Assembly (NCBI GenBank): GCA_053919585.1
Contig: CM132823.1
Reading direction: 5' to 3' (one strand)
Length of the DNA stretch: 64,000 nucleotides
From: Euprymna scolopes
Lineage: Eukaryota
Shown: piece after piece, positions 26,338 through 40,114 of the stretch
Layout of the letters: every line of letters begins with the position of its first letter
Numbering within the stretch: position 1 is the first letter of the stretch
The notes under the pieces: generated by a model
What the model saw: only the letters and a program-made list of their open reading frames with translations
Database searches by the model: none
What the model was told of the DNA's origin: nothing
Made by a program: the position numbers and the translations under genes

Positions 26338-29250
26338 TCTTACACTACCATTAAACTGTACACTTATTGTTTCCATAGACACACGACGGCCCTTATCCTC
26401 GAAATTCTTTATTTGGCCAATCAACTCCGGTGACCTGGCTTCCTTACTCCTCATACACATCTCATCATTCTTCCCAGACTACCTATCTTCCTTGAATCTC
26501 TTATGTCACTAAAAAAATAATGCTCTATTCATGTAAGACGTCCAAACGCAGTCCGAAGCGTTTCCCACGTTTCAATGTCATTTTTTCATATTGTTCAACT
26601 ATCCAGGTTGTATTTTTTATATTCGCCAACTGTGACAATCAGGCGTGTTTATTCCGATTCCTGCTTTAGTTGTTCATTTAAACCTGAAATTATAAAATTG
26701 GTTAGTCATCTCATAAGATGCCTAGCAATAACATGCTGACCTTTGAGAGTCTACGACCATTTTAAATGCCTGTACAAAAAGTCTATAAAGACACCTCGTA
26801 CATATGTGTACTACTCTCTCTTTTTTTACTCTTTCTCTCAAACATACGTAATATTTAATGGGATAAGCGGAGATACATTAAATATATAGCCATCGATGCC
26901 TAGTGTTTACATTTATGTATAAAATAACTCTTCATTGTTATTGTGTTTATATCATTATCTACGTCAGAAAATCCTCAATGTTCGAATAATTTTATATATA
27001 TAATATTTATTGTCATCCATAACGTGCATACGAGTTATAAATTGGCGTGCATTTTATGATGTATGTAAAAACAACTAAAACAGTTCAACAGAAAATATCC
27101 ACGTTAAGATGACATATGCAATAAAATAATTGCATCAACAGCCATACCTTTGAGACTTCCTACTAACGGGCATCAATAAACCTCGGGCACATTCATGCAT
27201 TTTCTAACACTGTCACTCCAGCGATCATTTAATCTCTAATACCCATACCTACTTTATTAGATAAAACAAACACCCTTACTATTATCTATTATCTCATGTG
27301 ATCAAACCCACTTTTACGAAAGGTACTTTTTTTAATATACAAATTTGCTGCAACGCTGTGGATGCTTCAGCACCATCTGCACTGATTGTCGGAAAAAACG
27401 CTACACTTACCCTTAAGTATAACCGTGACTTTGGAGGATAGACGAGATCCCCTTTGAGCTCTTATCGACAGCGCCCTTACAGCTAATCCTTGCCAGAGGA
27501 TAGCGATCATTTCCGATCTCCCCACCGGAATGCTTCCGAATACAAAACTAGTCAAAACTAGTCATCCCACATACACAGCACTCAGTGTATCTTAATATTG
27601 TACCTTGCCATTCACACTGTAAGGTCGAGCTACTTCCAGCTATATAATCAACCATATAATTCATATACGGGACACTATTTCACTTAAATACATTCATCCT
27701 TTCTTTGATCCGTTACGTAACTATAATTTTATCTATCATTTGTTTTATCTTAATCTCCATTGAGCCACTACATAATGGCCCTAGTTGCATTATGACTATC
27801 GAAGCAGAGTTTTTGTTAATTATCCTTGCAATAATTAAATAATTTTTCGCCTTCATAAACGCAATCATTTGATTTCTGCACGCTAATCCTGTACGTTGAT
27901 TACTAATTCAAAAATTCACAATGTTACGGTTACTTTTTCTTAACGCCTACATACACGTGCAAAACAACAACAAAATATCTGATGTGCAATCGTGAACAAA
28001 AAATAGTAATTGTTCTAATCTGTTCCAAACAAATATTTGCAGCTTAATATAAGTTATAGGAGTTCATATAAGTTATAGGATTTAATATAAGTTAATACTT
28101 CTAAACATATAAGCCAGATTCTGCAAAAGCTTTTTGTACTGACGATTCTCGTTGTGAAAAAAAAATCATATAACTATCAGACACACACACACACACACAA
28201 AGTCGGAAAAATGGTGGACATTTTAAAAATATACATTTTAAAAATATGTTGTTTCTATATCTAAAAAGTTTCGCTAAGCAGTTTTTAAAAACTCAGTTTC
28301 GAAACTAATTGAACGCTGTTTAGGTAATATATTATGACCTTTTTTATTCTTTTAGTAATGTGTTAATTTATTTACCCAATTGTTTTTCTTTCTACACATG
28401 CCCCCCATCACCCCTAATACTATTGTTAAAATTTATTATTGAAAATTATTGTTGTAAGTTTGTAACTTGTTATTCACTTACTATGTTTCCTATAAATATA
28501 CTTGTTCTTGAAATTTGAATTACACGTCTGCCCTCATTCTTTTACAAAAAACAATCTGCCGATGAAATTTCCATTTTAGTATACTTTTTAAATAGTCATA
28601 TTATTAAATGCGCCGCCTAGCATCTAATGTGAGACAAATGGATAGACAATTTCCATTCAAATCAATTCAGGTATGACTCGAGAAAATTAGCCAATTTGCA
28701 CAGGAATTACATACGCAAACCTGGTAAACTTCATTCTGTTAAGCATTAATAGGAAATATTTTTAAAAATCTGTTTTTCTTCAAGTTATGCGTTCATTTAT
28801 TTACCTAATTATTTTTCTTTCTAAACTTGACCCTCGTCACTTCCCAAACACTATTGTTAAAATATATCATTCAAATTTATTGTTGTACATTTACGACTTG
28901 TGATTCATTTGCTATATTTATCAAAATAAACGCGTTTTATTAGCATACATTTCAAATAGTCATACGAATAAATGCGCCACCCAGCATCGAATGTTAGCAA
29001 AAGAGGTAGACCATTTCATTCAAATCAATCGAGAGTGACTTGAGATTAAAAGCTGATTTGCCCAAGAATTATATACGAAACCACAACAACTGAATTCTGG
29101 TAAATAATAATAAAAAAAACAGTGCTTTTAAAAATCATGTTTTTCTTTAGTAATGTATTAATTTATTATTCGAATTATATTTAGAGCATATTATGTGCAA
29201 CGTAACGCCTAGCTGATGCGATATAACAAATACACGCAAACGCCTTTCCT

Positions 29251-29294
<44 letters not shown>

Positions 29295-29504
29295 TTGTGA
29301 ATACATATAAACTGGTGTTATAATTTTTGCTTGTCATTAAATTTAACCCATTCAGCAAATCATGTTTGACTCTGTAGGTTCGAATTCTGCCTCCAAAAAA
29401 TGCAAAACTATAGGAAAATGAAGAGTCTATGAATGCCAAGTCAGCATACTTACATAGTAAACAGATTATAAAATAAACTGTCAGACAGAATGTTACATGT
29501 ATAC

Positions 29505-29565
<61 letters not shown>

Positions 29566-31732
29566 GTGTATGTGTGTGTAATTAAGTTAATAAAAACAGT
29601 TTTTATGTAATCCATGTGGATTCATATGATAATAATTTTTCAGTCAAAGTTAAACTCATTGATAAAACTAACGAATGTAAGAAAGAATAGATTGTAGGAT
29701 ACAAATTTTTTTTTTTTTATATTTTTCAATTGTCCTGAATCTGGCATTGTCTTTTAAAATACCATTCAGTGAACCTTTCTTATATGCAAACCATTTTTCC
29801 AATGTTCGAATCTAAGTTTTCTGTGATTTTATGTGGTAATGTTTATATTTTCTTCTGCTTTTCGTGATTTTTTTAATATATTCTGTTTAAGTTTCGCTTT
29901 GATTACAATCTTATTATGCGCATAGTGGAGAGGAAAAAGACATCAACTATACTGCTTACAAAACTAAGGAGAAATCAAATTAGTTTTCCGGTGTCTCTCA
30001 GAATACACTATGATGCCTTCGGTTGAAGTATTGTCTAGAGACCATGGTTGAAGCTGATGGCGGCTTCTTCGGGCGATCAGTATTCGCTAAAAGTTCTTCT
30101 AAAGTTGAATTATTGGACAAGATATTGTTTTTTTTTCAATACCAAAAAGTATCAAGTGTATCTCAAACCCAATAAATTTACAAGATTTACTGATGCGATT
30201 CATTAATAAATTTACTAGGAAATTTATAGGTATTTTAAAATGGTTAATATGTGATGGTAATTTATCATGTAAATAATTCAGCTGTTAGTTTTCTATATGT
30301 AAATAATTCATTATCATGTAAATAATTCAGCTGTTAGTTTTCTATTGGCTAGTCATCGATAGACGACGCTAGAATAGCATTACATTTCGCATCCACACAC
30401 TACATATATAGGAGTCAGATGTTATTCTACTCCAACATGTGCAGTGGTGCTTTGAGAAAATACAGAGAGTGCTGAGAGTATCGGAATCAAGACCCGTCCT
30501 AATGTCACTTGAATCTCAGAAGAAAAAAAACACCGACCGTTATCAATGATCTTAATGGTAAACGCTTTGTAAAAAAAAAACGGGATCTTACGGAGGCTTA
30601 TGCTACCCCAATCCCTGTAGATAAAAAAAAGTCGTTGTCACCAAAATTCAACGGCAAGCAGCAGTTGTCGTTATTCGCCTTTCCCCATCATCTTAAACAT
30701 TCGGGTATTGTTTCCTATGAGTGTCCATTGTGAGAACTTGAATAGATACTGTAATTCTTATTAGAAGAGAACTTGAATACCCACTGGAGAAAGCTTGAGT
30801 GACTACTAGACACTGTCCTCTAGTGTCTAAAGTCGCTCTGTACAGGAGTGTGTCAGGACGATGTGGCATGTGGATACTTTATAAATAATATCGGTTGTCA
30901 AGGTCGTTGGAAATAGGGTTGGTGACTTTACCACTCCAGAATGTATCTAACTGCAATTCTTTATCTGTATCAGTTACGCCCTAAAATAAAGTACAGTTGC
31001 CACATCTGGGTAGGAGCTTCTCAATGCGCCCTATCTTTCTTCCAAATCCAGTAAGGGATGTTTTTTTCCTTTCCCTGCAACATCGTTCTAACAGAAGAGA
31101 CATGGCGAGTTCATCTCTGCTCTATCATTATTTTTATGGCAAGTGCTCGATTGAACTCTAATCTATGGTCCTCTATTGTCACAATTTCCCCATACTATAT
31201 CTGTACCTAAATCTAAATGCAGATTCCCTTTTATAGTAAGAGGAAAAATTCATTGCTATCCGTAAAGTGGACGTCACAACATTAACAAACCACAATCACT
31301 GAGTTTTATGCATATATTAATTATGTAAAACCATATTTTATATTTTTTGTAAATTGAAACTGTTCTCGAAAGTAAACGTTTTATTATATACAATTCCCTA
31401 TTATGATGACCACAGAGCAAAGAAGCTCTTCGCATAAATAAACTTTAAAGATCGTTTAAAGTTTGACTAGCTATCCCCAGACACCTACGGTTATCTTATT
31501 TCCGAAGCACAATAAGAATACTGACAGTGTTAACGTACAACACATTGATTTCCTTTTCAAAGAGTAAGCAGCTTCTCAGTGATGTTGAGATTAACTACGA
31601 GCCATAAACACGATAACGCGTAGGATGCAACTTTAGATGTGGTACAAAGACTACCAGACGAAAAGACTAGACGGAGCGAGAGACAATACACACATTGAGA
31701 AACTTAACTACTGTATACTTATATGCATATTT

Positions 31733-31799
<67 letters not shown>

Positions 31800-32814
31800 T
31801 TTTAACAAAATCCAGGCATCAAGGAATAGATTGATAGTAACAAACAGTGTATTTCATCCTTAGTTACAATTATTTCAAAACTACTTGGGCAAATTCAAAT
31901 CTTATATCATTTGAAAACTTTTACAAGAACAGGCTTTCATCAGACTTNNNNNNNNNNNNNNNNNNNNNNNNNNNNNNNNNNNNNNNNNNNNNNNNNNNNN
32001 NNNNNNNNNNNNNNNNNNNNNNNNNNNNNNNNNNNNNNNNNNNNNNNNNNNNNNNNNNNNNNNNNNNNNNNNNNNNNNNNNNAAGAGAGACAGAAAATAT
32101 ATACAATCATATTTTTAGTTTTATAATCCGCATAAAACATAAGTCGACATACACTGATGTACAAAATATATTAGGAGTTAAGATGTTCGTGTTAATTTAT
32201 CGATTATGAGTATAAACATTTGCGCATGGTTTCCATTTCAATCAAGGCTACGGATTTCTTTCTGTATTCTAACCTCTATATAATAAATACGCATTATTTC
32301 AAGGCGCCTCGGTGTTGTGTTAATACTTTGCTAAGAAACTATTTCTCGCACCAAGTGGAACACAAGATCATATGCGATTTTGAAAAGTCATTGCATTAAG
32401 AGATTTAATATTTGACCCACAAAAATGTCTAATTTCGTTTGTTTTCCTCGATAGCTACGAACCAGGTGCTTTGAAATAAACTAACATCAGAATAGAGAAA
32501 GTAAACCCTGGAAGAATTGCCGCATTTGGATTGAACATATATCGACAGAAATAAGGCAGTTGTTAAACTGATCGTCAGGTTTGTATTGGTATTAACAACC
32601 CAATCTAAGCAGGAGTATTTTAAAATATCTTTCACTCACGTAATTTTTTAGGACATCTCCANNNNNNNNNNNNNNNNNNNNNNNNNNNNNNNNNNNNNNN
32701 NNNNNNNNNNNNNNNNNNNNNNNNNNNNNNNNNNNNNNNNNNNNNNNNNNNNNNNNNNNNNNNNNNNNNNNNNNNNNNNNNNNNNNNNNNNNNNNNNNNN
32801 NNNNNNNNNNNNNN

Positions 32815-32895
32815 TTCGATCCTAGCTTGAGATGGCTGCCTATCTAGCTGAAGTGATAAGATGTTAAACAGTGAAACAGTACTGTATGTGGATTA

Positions 32896-32897
<2 letters not shown>
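32815..32897 (+). mobile_element. Degenerate dispersed copy of hammerhead family A
   Basis: ttcgatcctagcttgagatggctgcctatctagctgaagtgataagatgttaaacagtgaaacagtactgtatgtggat aligns to 3508-3587. Core mutated; ends in (TA)n. Confidence 0.8.
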
Positions 32898-32954
<57 letters not shown>

Positions 32955-33484
32955 TGTTTACTGTTGTTTGGAGAGAAACAATCCAACAAAGTGTTCGATT
33001 AAAATGAAAAAGCGTTTGAATATAAGAGCTGAATAGTTATTCAAAATTGTACAAAAGGTTAGAAAAATATTGATACCGTCGGTTTCAAGCCTAACATGTA
33101 TACAATTACATAAAAATAAGAAGACCTAGATACTACAAATTGAATTTTAAATATCGTATATACGATCTCTTAGAACCAGATACATAGTAACCAAAGATAT
33201 AATAAAATATCAACATATGGGATACTGAATCAAAATATAAGCGTATAAAAATATATATATAATAAATAATATATATATATATATAAAGAAATATAAAATA
33301 TATATAATTAATTAATATAAAGAAATATAAAATATATATAATTAATTAATTTAAACATAGATTTACTAAAAATATATTAAACATAAAAAGAAAATTGATA
33401 TTAAAATAAAATAAACTATATAGGAATAGAAATAAGCTATAGTTAAATAAAAATGAACATGCATTTTCCTCCAACAGAAAAAAA

Positions 33485-33571
33485 ACATGGCTGACGAGAG
33501 CTTAACATTATATGCTATTGTGTATTAACTGGTCCCCATTCTGCTGGGCTTGAAACCGACGGTACCAATGT
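33485..33571 (+). ncRNA. Type I hammerhead ribozyme with extended stem II (family E)
   Basis: acatgg-CTGACGA-gagcttaac[36-nt loop]gctgggctt-GAAA-ccg a cgg-TA-ccaatgt. Stem I extends via agaaaaa/tttttct. Inverted half copy at 33038-33097. Confidence 0.75.
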
Positions 33572-33624
33572 TTTTCTGGCATTCTGTACAACTTTAAATA
33601 TATATATATATATATGATGGAAAA

Positions 33625-34410
33625 ATTTATCCATCAGAACTTACCACTAAAATGCACCACCTGGTTAAATTCATTGTAGAGGTTTATGCTCAGTGAAATT
33701 AAACTATACAATAAATTTCATAGCCAGCAACTATATATTTTTAAAATGATTGGATAAATAAAAAATCAGCCTCCAGAAATTCAGGAAATTACTTTAAGAA
33801 ATTTTCGATTTGATGCTTTTCCCTTTTGCTTGAAAATATTCTGTTTTCAATGTTAAAATCAGACGAAATGGAAGTGAGAAAAGAAGCTATAACAAGAATT
33901 TTAACAATTAGGTAAGTAAACATTTATTTATATAAAACTAATCAAATTGTTTACGTTGATTTATACGTCCATTTTCAATTAGTATTTTAATTAAAAAATA
34001 TATATAAAAGTTGTGTCCATTTGTTCAAGTAAATAAAATAATTCTATTTCTCTTTTCTTTTTCAGGAGTGGCGAACCAGTAAAAAAGCGTTTAAAAATTT
34101 TTTAACAATAAATTTTGACGCTTTATATTGGTCATATTTGATAGACCTTTCAAAAATTGGAGTGTCAGAGCCAGTATTAACTGAAAAATAATCAGATCAT
34201 GAACTTCAGGAATTAATGATGAGCGGCAAAAAGCCAAAGTTACCTGATTTGCCTGCACATTCAAAAAATTTCGAAAGGGCCGTAAAATTAACATCACAAG
34301 CCTGCCAATCAGTCTATGGACTTGAAGCAAGTTATGTACATAAAATTGCTAAAATTTTGTGCCACGAAATGAGGCCATTTTTTTGCTTCGAACGAGTATT
34401 ATAGGGAAAA
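33625..34410 (+). pseudogene. DNA-transposase relic with an intron (P-x-H-S-x-x-x-E-R-A-V-K-L family)
   Basis: Pieces LVKFIVEVYA, LFSMLKSDEMEVRKEAITRILTIR, GT..AG intron 33912-34065, NFDA.YW, EPVLT, LPAHSKNFERAVKLTSQAC..VYG. Superfamily not securely assigned. Confidence 0.6.
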
Positions 34411-36304
34411 CTTTGACATTCTGTTAGAAAAATAGCTTTATTTTGTACTTAGCAATTTTGTATTTTATACAAGCATAGACTACTTCCTATGATTTGTATT
34501 AAACCTTTTTCTCCAAACAGAATTAACACATTCCTTTTTTTCCAATGATAGTAAAAATATTTTTTCTATCTGTCACAGTTATAAAGCAATAAAGTTAAAT
34601 AGGGCATTTGAAAAATATTTCGGTGTGGGGGGATCAATTATAAATTTTTGAATTTTTAGCATATCAGTCATTATATAGTTTATTTACATAAATAACCCCA
34701 CTCCTTATTACGATTATAACTGTAAAATACTAAACAATTTCATATAAATCTTCGAAAGATAAGGGCTTTTCTGTGTCTCAAAGTAGACGATCTTTAAAAT
34801 GAAATGCTTATCTAACGGCTGATGTTAGAAATCTAGTTGTTTTTTATATTACTTTTTTTTATATGTACTCTCCATATGTGTGTGAAACTTTCTCTGCTCC
34901 AACATTTTACATTTAAAAAAAAAGTTGAAAATCGACCTATCGTATTATACACGTATCGTCCAAATAATTGTAGCCATTCTCTACTTAATATGCCAACAAT
35001 AAAATATGTGCAAAAATAGCCGAGAAAATCAAAATGCTACGCTTCTTGAGAGAGGATTATCATAATCATTTTAGTAACATACATACTTATCTGATTAGAA
35101 TATTCTTAATGTAATTAAGAATTTTTTTTATATATCTCTTAAAAAGATTTATTTACCTAGGTATTCAATGATACTGTAAAATTATTGATGACGCCTGTTT
35201 ACCAGTGTTTTTCCGTTAGGCTTTGGAATAAAATGTTTGTGAAATGTTTAAATAGTCGATCACTTAATTTATTATGAAACTTGATTGTCCATTATAAACA
35301 TAAGCCAAAATTATTCTTTATTGGCGAATAAATAGAATTCATATTTGAAAAAGTAGCATTTACTAATAAATGTTATGAACTTACGTTCTATTCTTTCGCT
35401 TTTGTCCATCCATACTTCTTTAAATAATTCGTAGCATCTTTTTTAATAATTTTTCTTAATGGCCAAGGATCTCAATTTTTTAAATACATATTTTTTCAAA
35501 ATTATAATTCTTACGTTGATGCTTTCATGTTATGCATACAAGAAGAATTTTATTATATCCTATTTAAAATTTCCTATACATTTTGATTATTACAATCACA
35601 TAAAATATATTGTTGGTGAAAATATTAAATAAGCAATGCTTAATTCAATGTTTATATCGTTAGTTCAAGAAATTAAATTTTTTCGAGTTATATAGATTTC
35701 ATTAACATGACTTTTAAGAGCTGTTTTCGTAAGATTCTTGAAATAGTTTTCTAAACAGTTTTTAATTAACTTTTACAATGCTTTATTTTCAAAAAAGAAA
35801 AATAAATGCATGCGATTTTAAAGAAAAAGCCATAACTTTAGTAAATGTGTTTTTGTTTACATAAAATGATACACTTGAACTAAAATGTAAATAAAAGATC
35901 ATGCTTACATTATAAATTTTCCCAAAAAGTTAACAATTGACATTTTTTGTCTTGCACAAAAAACGTACATAAATATTTAAAAAAAAAAGAAAGTTTTTTG
36001 AAATAATTAATTTATTTATTTATTATCTAACTAATATTTAGGCTGATTTTCTAAGAGAATATGCAAAAATATAATATAAGTACCTTGATTTCAAATAAGT
36101 CCACTTATTCATATAGGCAACCAGTTATTTAGCGTCGATCTAGAGTCTAGATCGACACTGTTTACGTTTGCATTCGATAAAAAGCAAACTATGGAAGACC
36201 AAACAGGCCCAAAAAACTTATTTTTCAGTGACGAAAATTTCAATGTATTATTAAGCTGAGGCTGGCCAGTACCAGATGGGTGACCATTTGTATGAGTTTG
36301 GTTT

Positions 36305-37055
36305 TTAATATGTATGTGTGTGGGGGCTAGGTTCCCAAAAATGGGGGGGGGGCAATTTAAATCAGAATAAAAAAAATTATTTCAGCGCGTTTGGTCCACC
36401 GTAGTCGAAAGGCGGCAAACGTTTTCAAACGGGATCGAAAAAAATGATGCTATTTTTAACACAAAGGGCACAATATTTATCGAATTTTTTTTTGTATCGA
36501 TTCTTCAAAGCATGCCCTGTTTAATAATGGTCATGCATTATTCGGCTCGCTAAAAAAAAATTGTTAATTTATTTATCAAAGATTTTAAAATGGCTTTTTT
36601 CGTATAAATATTAATTTTTTTTTTGTTTTGCTTAACTTAAATTAATTATTTTACTTAACATATTCACCGAATTTCACACTTCAAAACTCAAAAGCGGGAT
36701 AATTAAACACAATCGAAGATCTGATATTCAGACGTCAAAATAAGGTATGCAAACAATTTTTTTAAAATCTATTATTCTGTCCCTTACAACAACACAATAT
36801 GTTGTGTTCAGTTTCCGATGATTATTTTAAGCATATTTGTTCCCACTTCAAAACAAGAGGGGGTTGTAAGCAAAAAAATATATATATATAAATATCGTTT
36901 ATAAAAAATAAGTAGACTGTTATAAAGTTCATTTTTCTGTTAACAATCGCTGAAAATTTCGTATTGATCGGATAATTACCTGATTTTTGGTAGATTTTTA
37001 AAAAGACGGTCCGTCACAAAGTACTGACCTGCACTCCCCGTTTTGGCGGTGCCTA

Positions 37056-37056
<1 letters not shown>
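36305..37056 (+). mobile_element. Non-autonomous Helitron-like element
   Basis: 3' hairpin gcactccccgttttggcggtgc then CTAG|T at 37053-37056; 5' boundary approximate. Confidence 0.45.
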
Positions 37057-37122
<66 letters not shown>

Positions 37123-37776
37123 ATGAATGTGTGAGTGTGTGTGCGGGTGTTTTACTTGTGATTGAATTGAATACGACCCGATGAAAAACCGACAAAGCCA
37201 CCAATAAATAAAATCCATTACATGCAATATGGATTTCCCAGATTTCAGAAAGTTTTCTACAGTTCCAGAACCGCTATTTTTAGATTTCCCCCTCCCACTG
37301 CTATCTTGCCTTTTAACATTATTATCATGGAGAAATTTAAAAGTAATATAAATAAACACATCGCTGCTCAACTCTTCTCTTATCTCTAATGCAGAGTAAC
37401 TCATCGTATTTGGCAAATAGCCTAGTTTGGATTGAATATTATTACAAAAGAATAAATAAATATAAGACATCAGAATTCACATTGAAAAACTAAAACTATT
37501 CAAATATCCTAGAGGATAAATAATTGAAAATTTAGCTTTGCAGGATAGGTCATATAGTGCTGCTAAAAATAAGTCAAAGATGAACTGATTATGATTATGT
37601 CAGAGTTTTCATATTATAATTTGGTAGACTATAAAATGTGTGATATTAAGTGTGGGGCATGAATCCTGTTACAAAATTTCGGAACTATTTTTCGTGATAA
37701 TATGAAAATAAATTTACTAAAGTATTCCCATTATATGATACGGTAATATATTATTTATTGATACTAATTTTTAACA

Positions 37777-38720
37777 ATGTCTGTTGAATTGAAGAAAATA
37801 TTCATCATAGAACTACATGAGAAGGGCCTGCATACATAAGAAATATTTAAGTTAGGAAAAAGCCTCAAAACCAACAGAATTTATAAATAAAAAGAATGAT
37901 TGATCGTTACCTGGAAACTTCGTAATTCCAAGATAGGCAACAATCAGGCCGTCCTCACACCTCAACACCACATAAACTCATCAACAATGTTAAGGAAAAA
38001 TCTGATGAAATTTAATTAGATCCATAAGACGAATGGTAAAGGAAGCATGAAAATCAAGCACTATGTCATCTTATAAGCTTCAAAAGTGACAGCTTTTCTC
38101 TGCATCCACAATTTCACCAGAAATCGAATCTTCTTAAACAGTATTAGAAGGCGCAAGCTGAATAACGTCACATTCACAGATGAAAAGTCATACACATTTC
38201 AATAGTTCCACCATCATCAAAATGATAGAGTCCTAGCAAGAAGTCGTGAGGAAAGATTTTCAGAACCCAAAAAACATCATCCGTGATTTGGACAGCAATT
38301 TCTGAGAGAGGGAAATTTCCACTTATTTTCTCCCTCAAGTGGTGAAGATTAAGAACGAACGTCACATTGAAGAGATCCTTGAAGGTGCCCTGAACTCATT
38401 GTGTAACCTCTGTACGGTGATGAAGTTTGGACTCTCTAACAAGGTGGTGCGACAAGCCACACTGCTCATGTAACACAGCAGGGATGTAGAGAAAACTGTT
38501 CGAACTGAATCAGCAAAGAAGAATTGACATCCTCATAACTTAATCTTAACTCTCTTTATTATTCCTTGTGGTCAATCCTGGAGGAAAAAAGTTTAAGCTG
38601 TTAAGACAAAATTGAACAAATGCTGGTAGAAAAAAGTGAGATGTTGTGCGCGCTGCTATAGATGATTTCCCCAAAATCTTCCTAATGTAGTGAAGACGTA
38701 AGGAAAAATTTTTGAATAAT
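37777..38720 (+). pseudogene. Highly degenerate mariner-like (DDxD) transposase
   Basis: Residual motifs SGRP.T, FTDEK, Q.GATSHTA and YSLWSILE in shifting frames. Confidence 0.6.
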
Positions 38721-40114
38721 ACTTATACCATATATTGTTCCTTCAGTATTTGCTAATCATTTTCTGGAATTGGGTTTTGTGATAAATCATTTTGTTGGAA
38801 TAAATCTGAGTTTTATTTTGTACTAGCGGGGCTATCCGGAGTTGCCCGGACCGTATAAACAATGAGAAAATTGAAGTTGATTTTGAATATAATTGTTATT
38901 CTTTGGAGAGAGGAATGTTTAATGTCTATGTATCATTCGCTATTTCGAGCAAAAGAATATTTTACCTGCCCTAGGACGGCTACTACACATGTATGAAAGA
39001 ATTTTACCTTCCCTAAGACAGGTAATTTACAGAATGTATATGAAATAACATTACCTTTTTGGGACGAATAATTTACAACACATATTCAAAATATGTTCAT
39101 GTACATTTGGACGGGTAATTTATACGCATATATGAAAAAAATTAACATACACTCGACAGGTATTGTACAACGTATATGAAATAATTTCTCTTCCCACCAA
39201 GTGTTACCATAATTTTAATAAAACTGAAATCATCTTTAGGAGATGGATCATTAGGATTTCCAAATTAATACATAAATACAATGTGTTGGTTAATTAGTTT
39301 GCAACCCTTGCTTCACCATAAATTTCAACATTACTGCGTTTCTTTCCTTCCTCACTAACCGCACTATTATTGTAAGCAAAATTATGTCATTTTAGAAGAT
39401 ATCTCAGCAGTATTTCAAAATTAATGCATAAATACATTGACATAGTTTAGTGATTAGACAACCCTTGCTTCATTATCAAATTCCACATTACTATGTTTCA
39501 TTTTTCCCCATTACCGACAACAAATATTTGGGGGAAAAAGACGTCATTTTCGGAAGATTACTGAACAGGCTTTACAAACAAATAAACAAATATGTTGAGA
39601 ATCTTTGATTAGGCAACCCTTGCTTCATTACAAAATTCCACATAACTGTGTTCTTTCCTTCCCTACTGCTGACACCATCATTTTAAGTGGAATGATATTT
39701 CTTGACCATAATAGAGCAGGTGTTCCAAATAATTACATAAATGCATTGACGCGAATGATCATTAGTCAACTTTTATTTATCACAATTTTCAATATTAATA
39801 TAGTTCTCCCCCCCCCTTACGACCACAATCACCAACAACACATTAGTAAGAAACGATGGATTTCGGAATATGATTCCATAGTTATTCCATATTTTTGGAA
39901 TATGACATTGTTGGCGATTGCATAGTGACACCAAAATTGGCAGTACTCTCTCCAGCCCACCCGAAAAGTGAAGGTTGTTAATTCATAGAGAATCCCAGAG
40001 CACGTTAGAAGCAACATAATCATGTGTCTTTCTACTCACCACTACAATTGTGACGTCATTCCCCGATGTTAACATTGAAAATTCAGAAAAATATTGTTAA
40101 CCACCCACCGAAAT

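Noticed and set aside
28139-28165. CTGACGA...GAAA, and similar isolated cores at ~44299 and ~60988
   Set aside because: No pairing stems I-III; chance matches.
28330-29170. ~430-bp diverged tandem duplication
   Set aside because: Real but featureless: no ribozyme, ORF or termini found.
30440-31240. Possible very old LINE RT remnant on the minus strand
   Set aside because: Only a vague GVxxxSV-like motif; too degraded to call.
36976-37470. 164-aa minus ORF
   Set aside because: No recognisable domain or strong splice sites; the C-terminal part is microsatellite and Helitron end.
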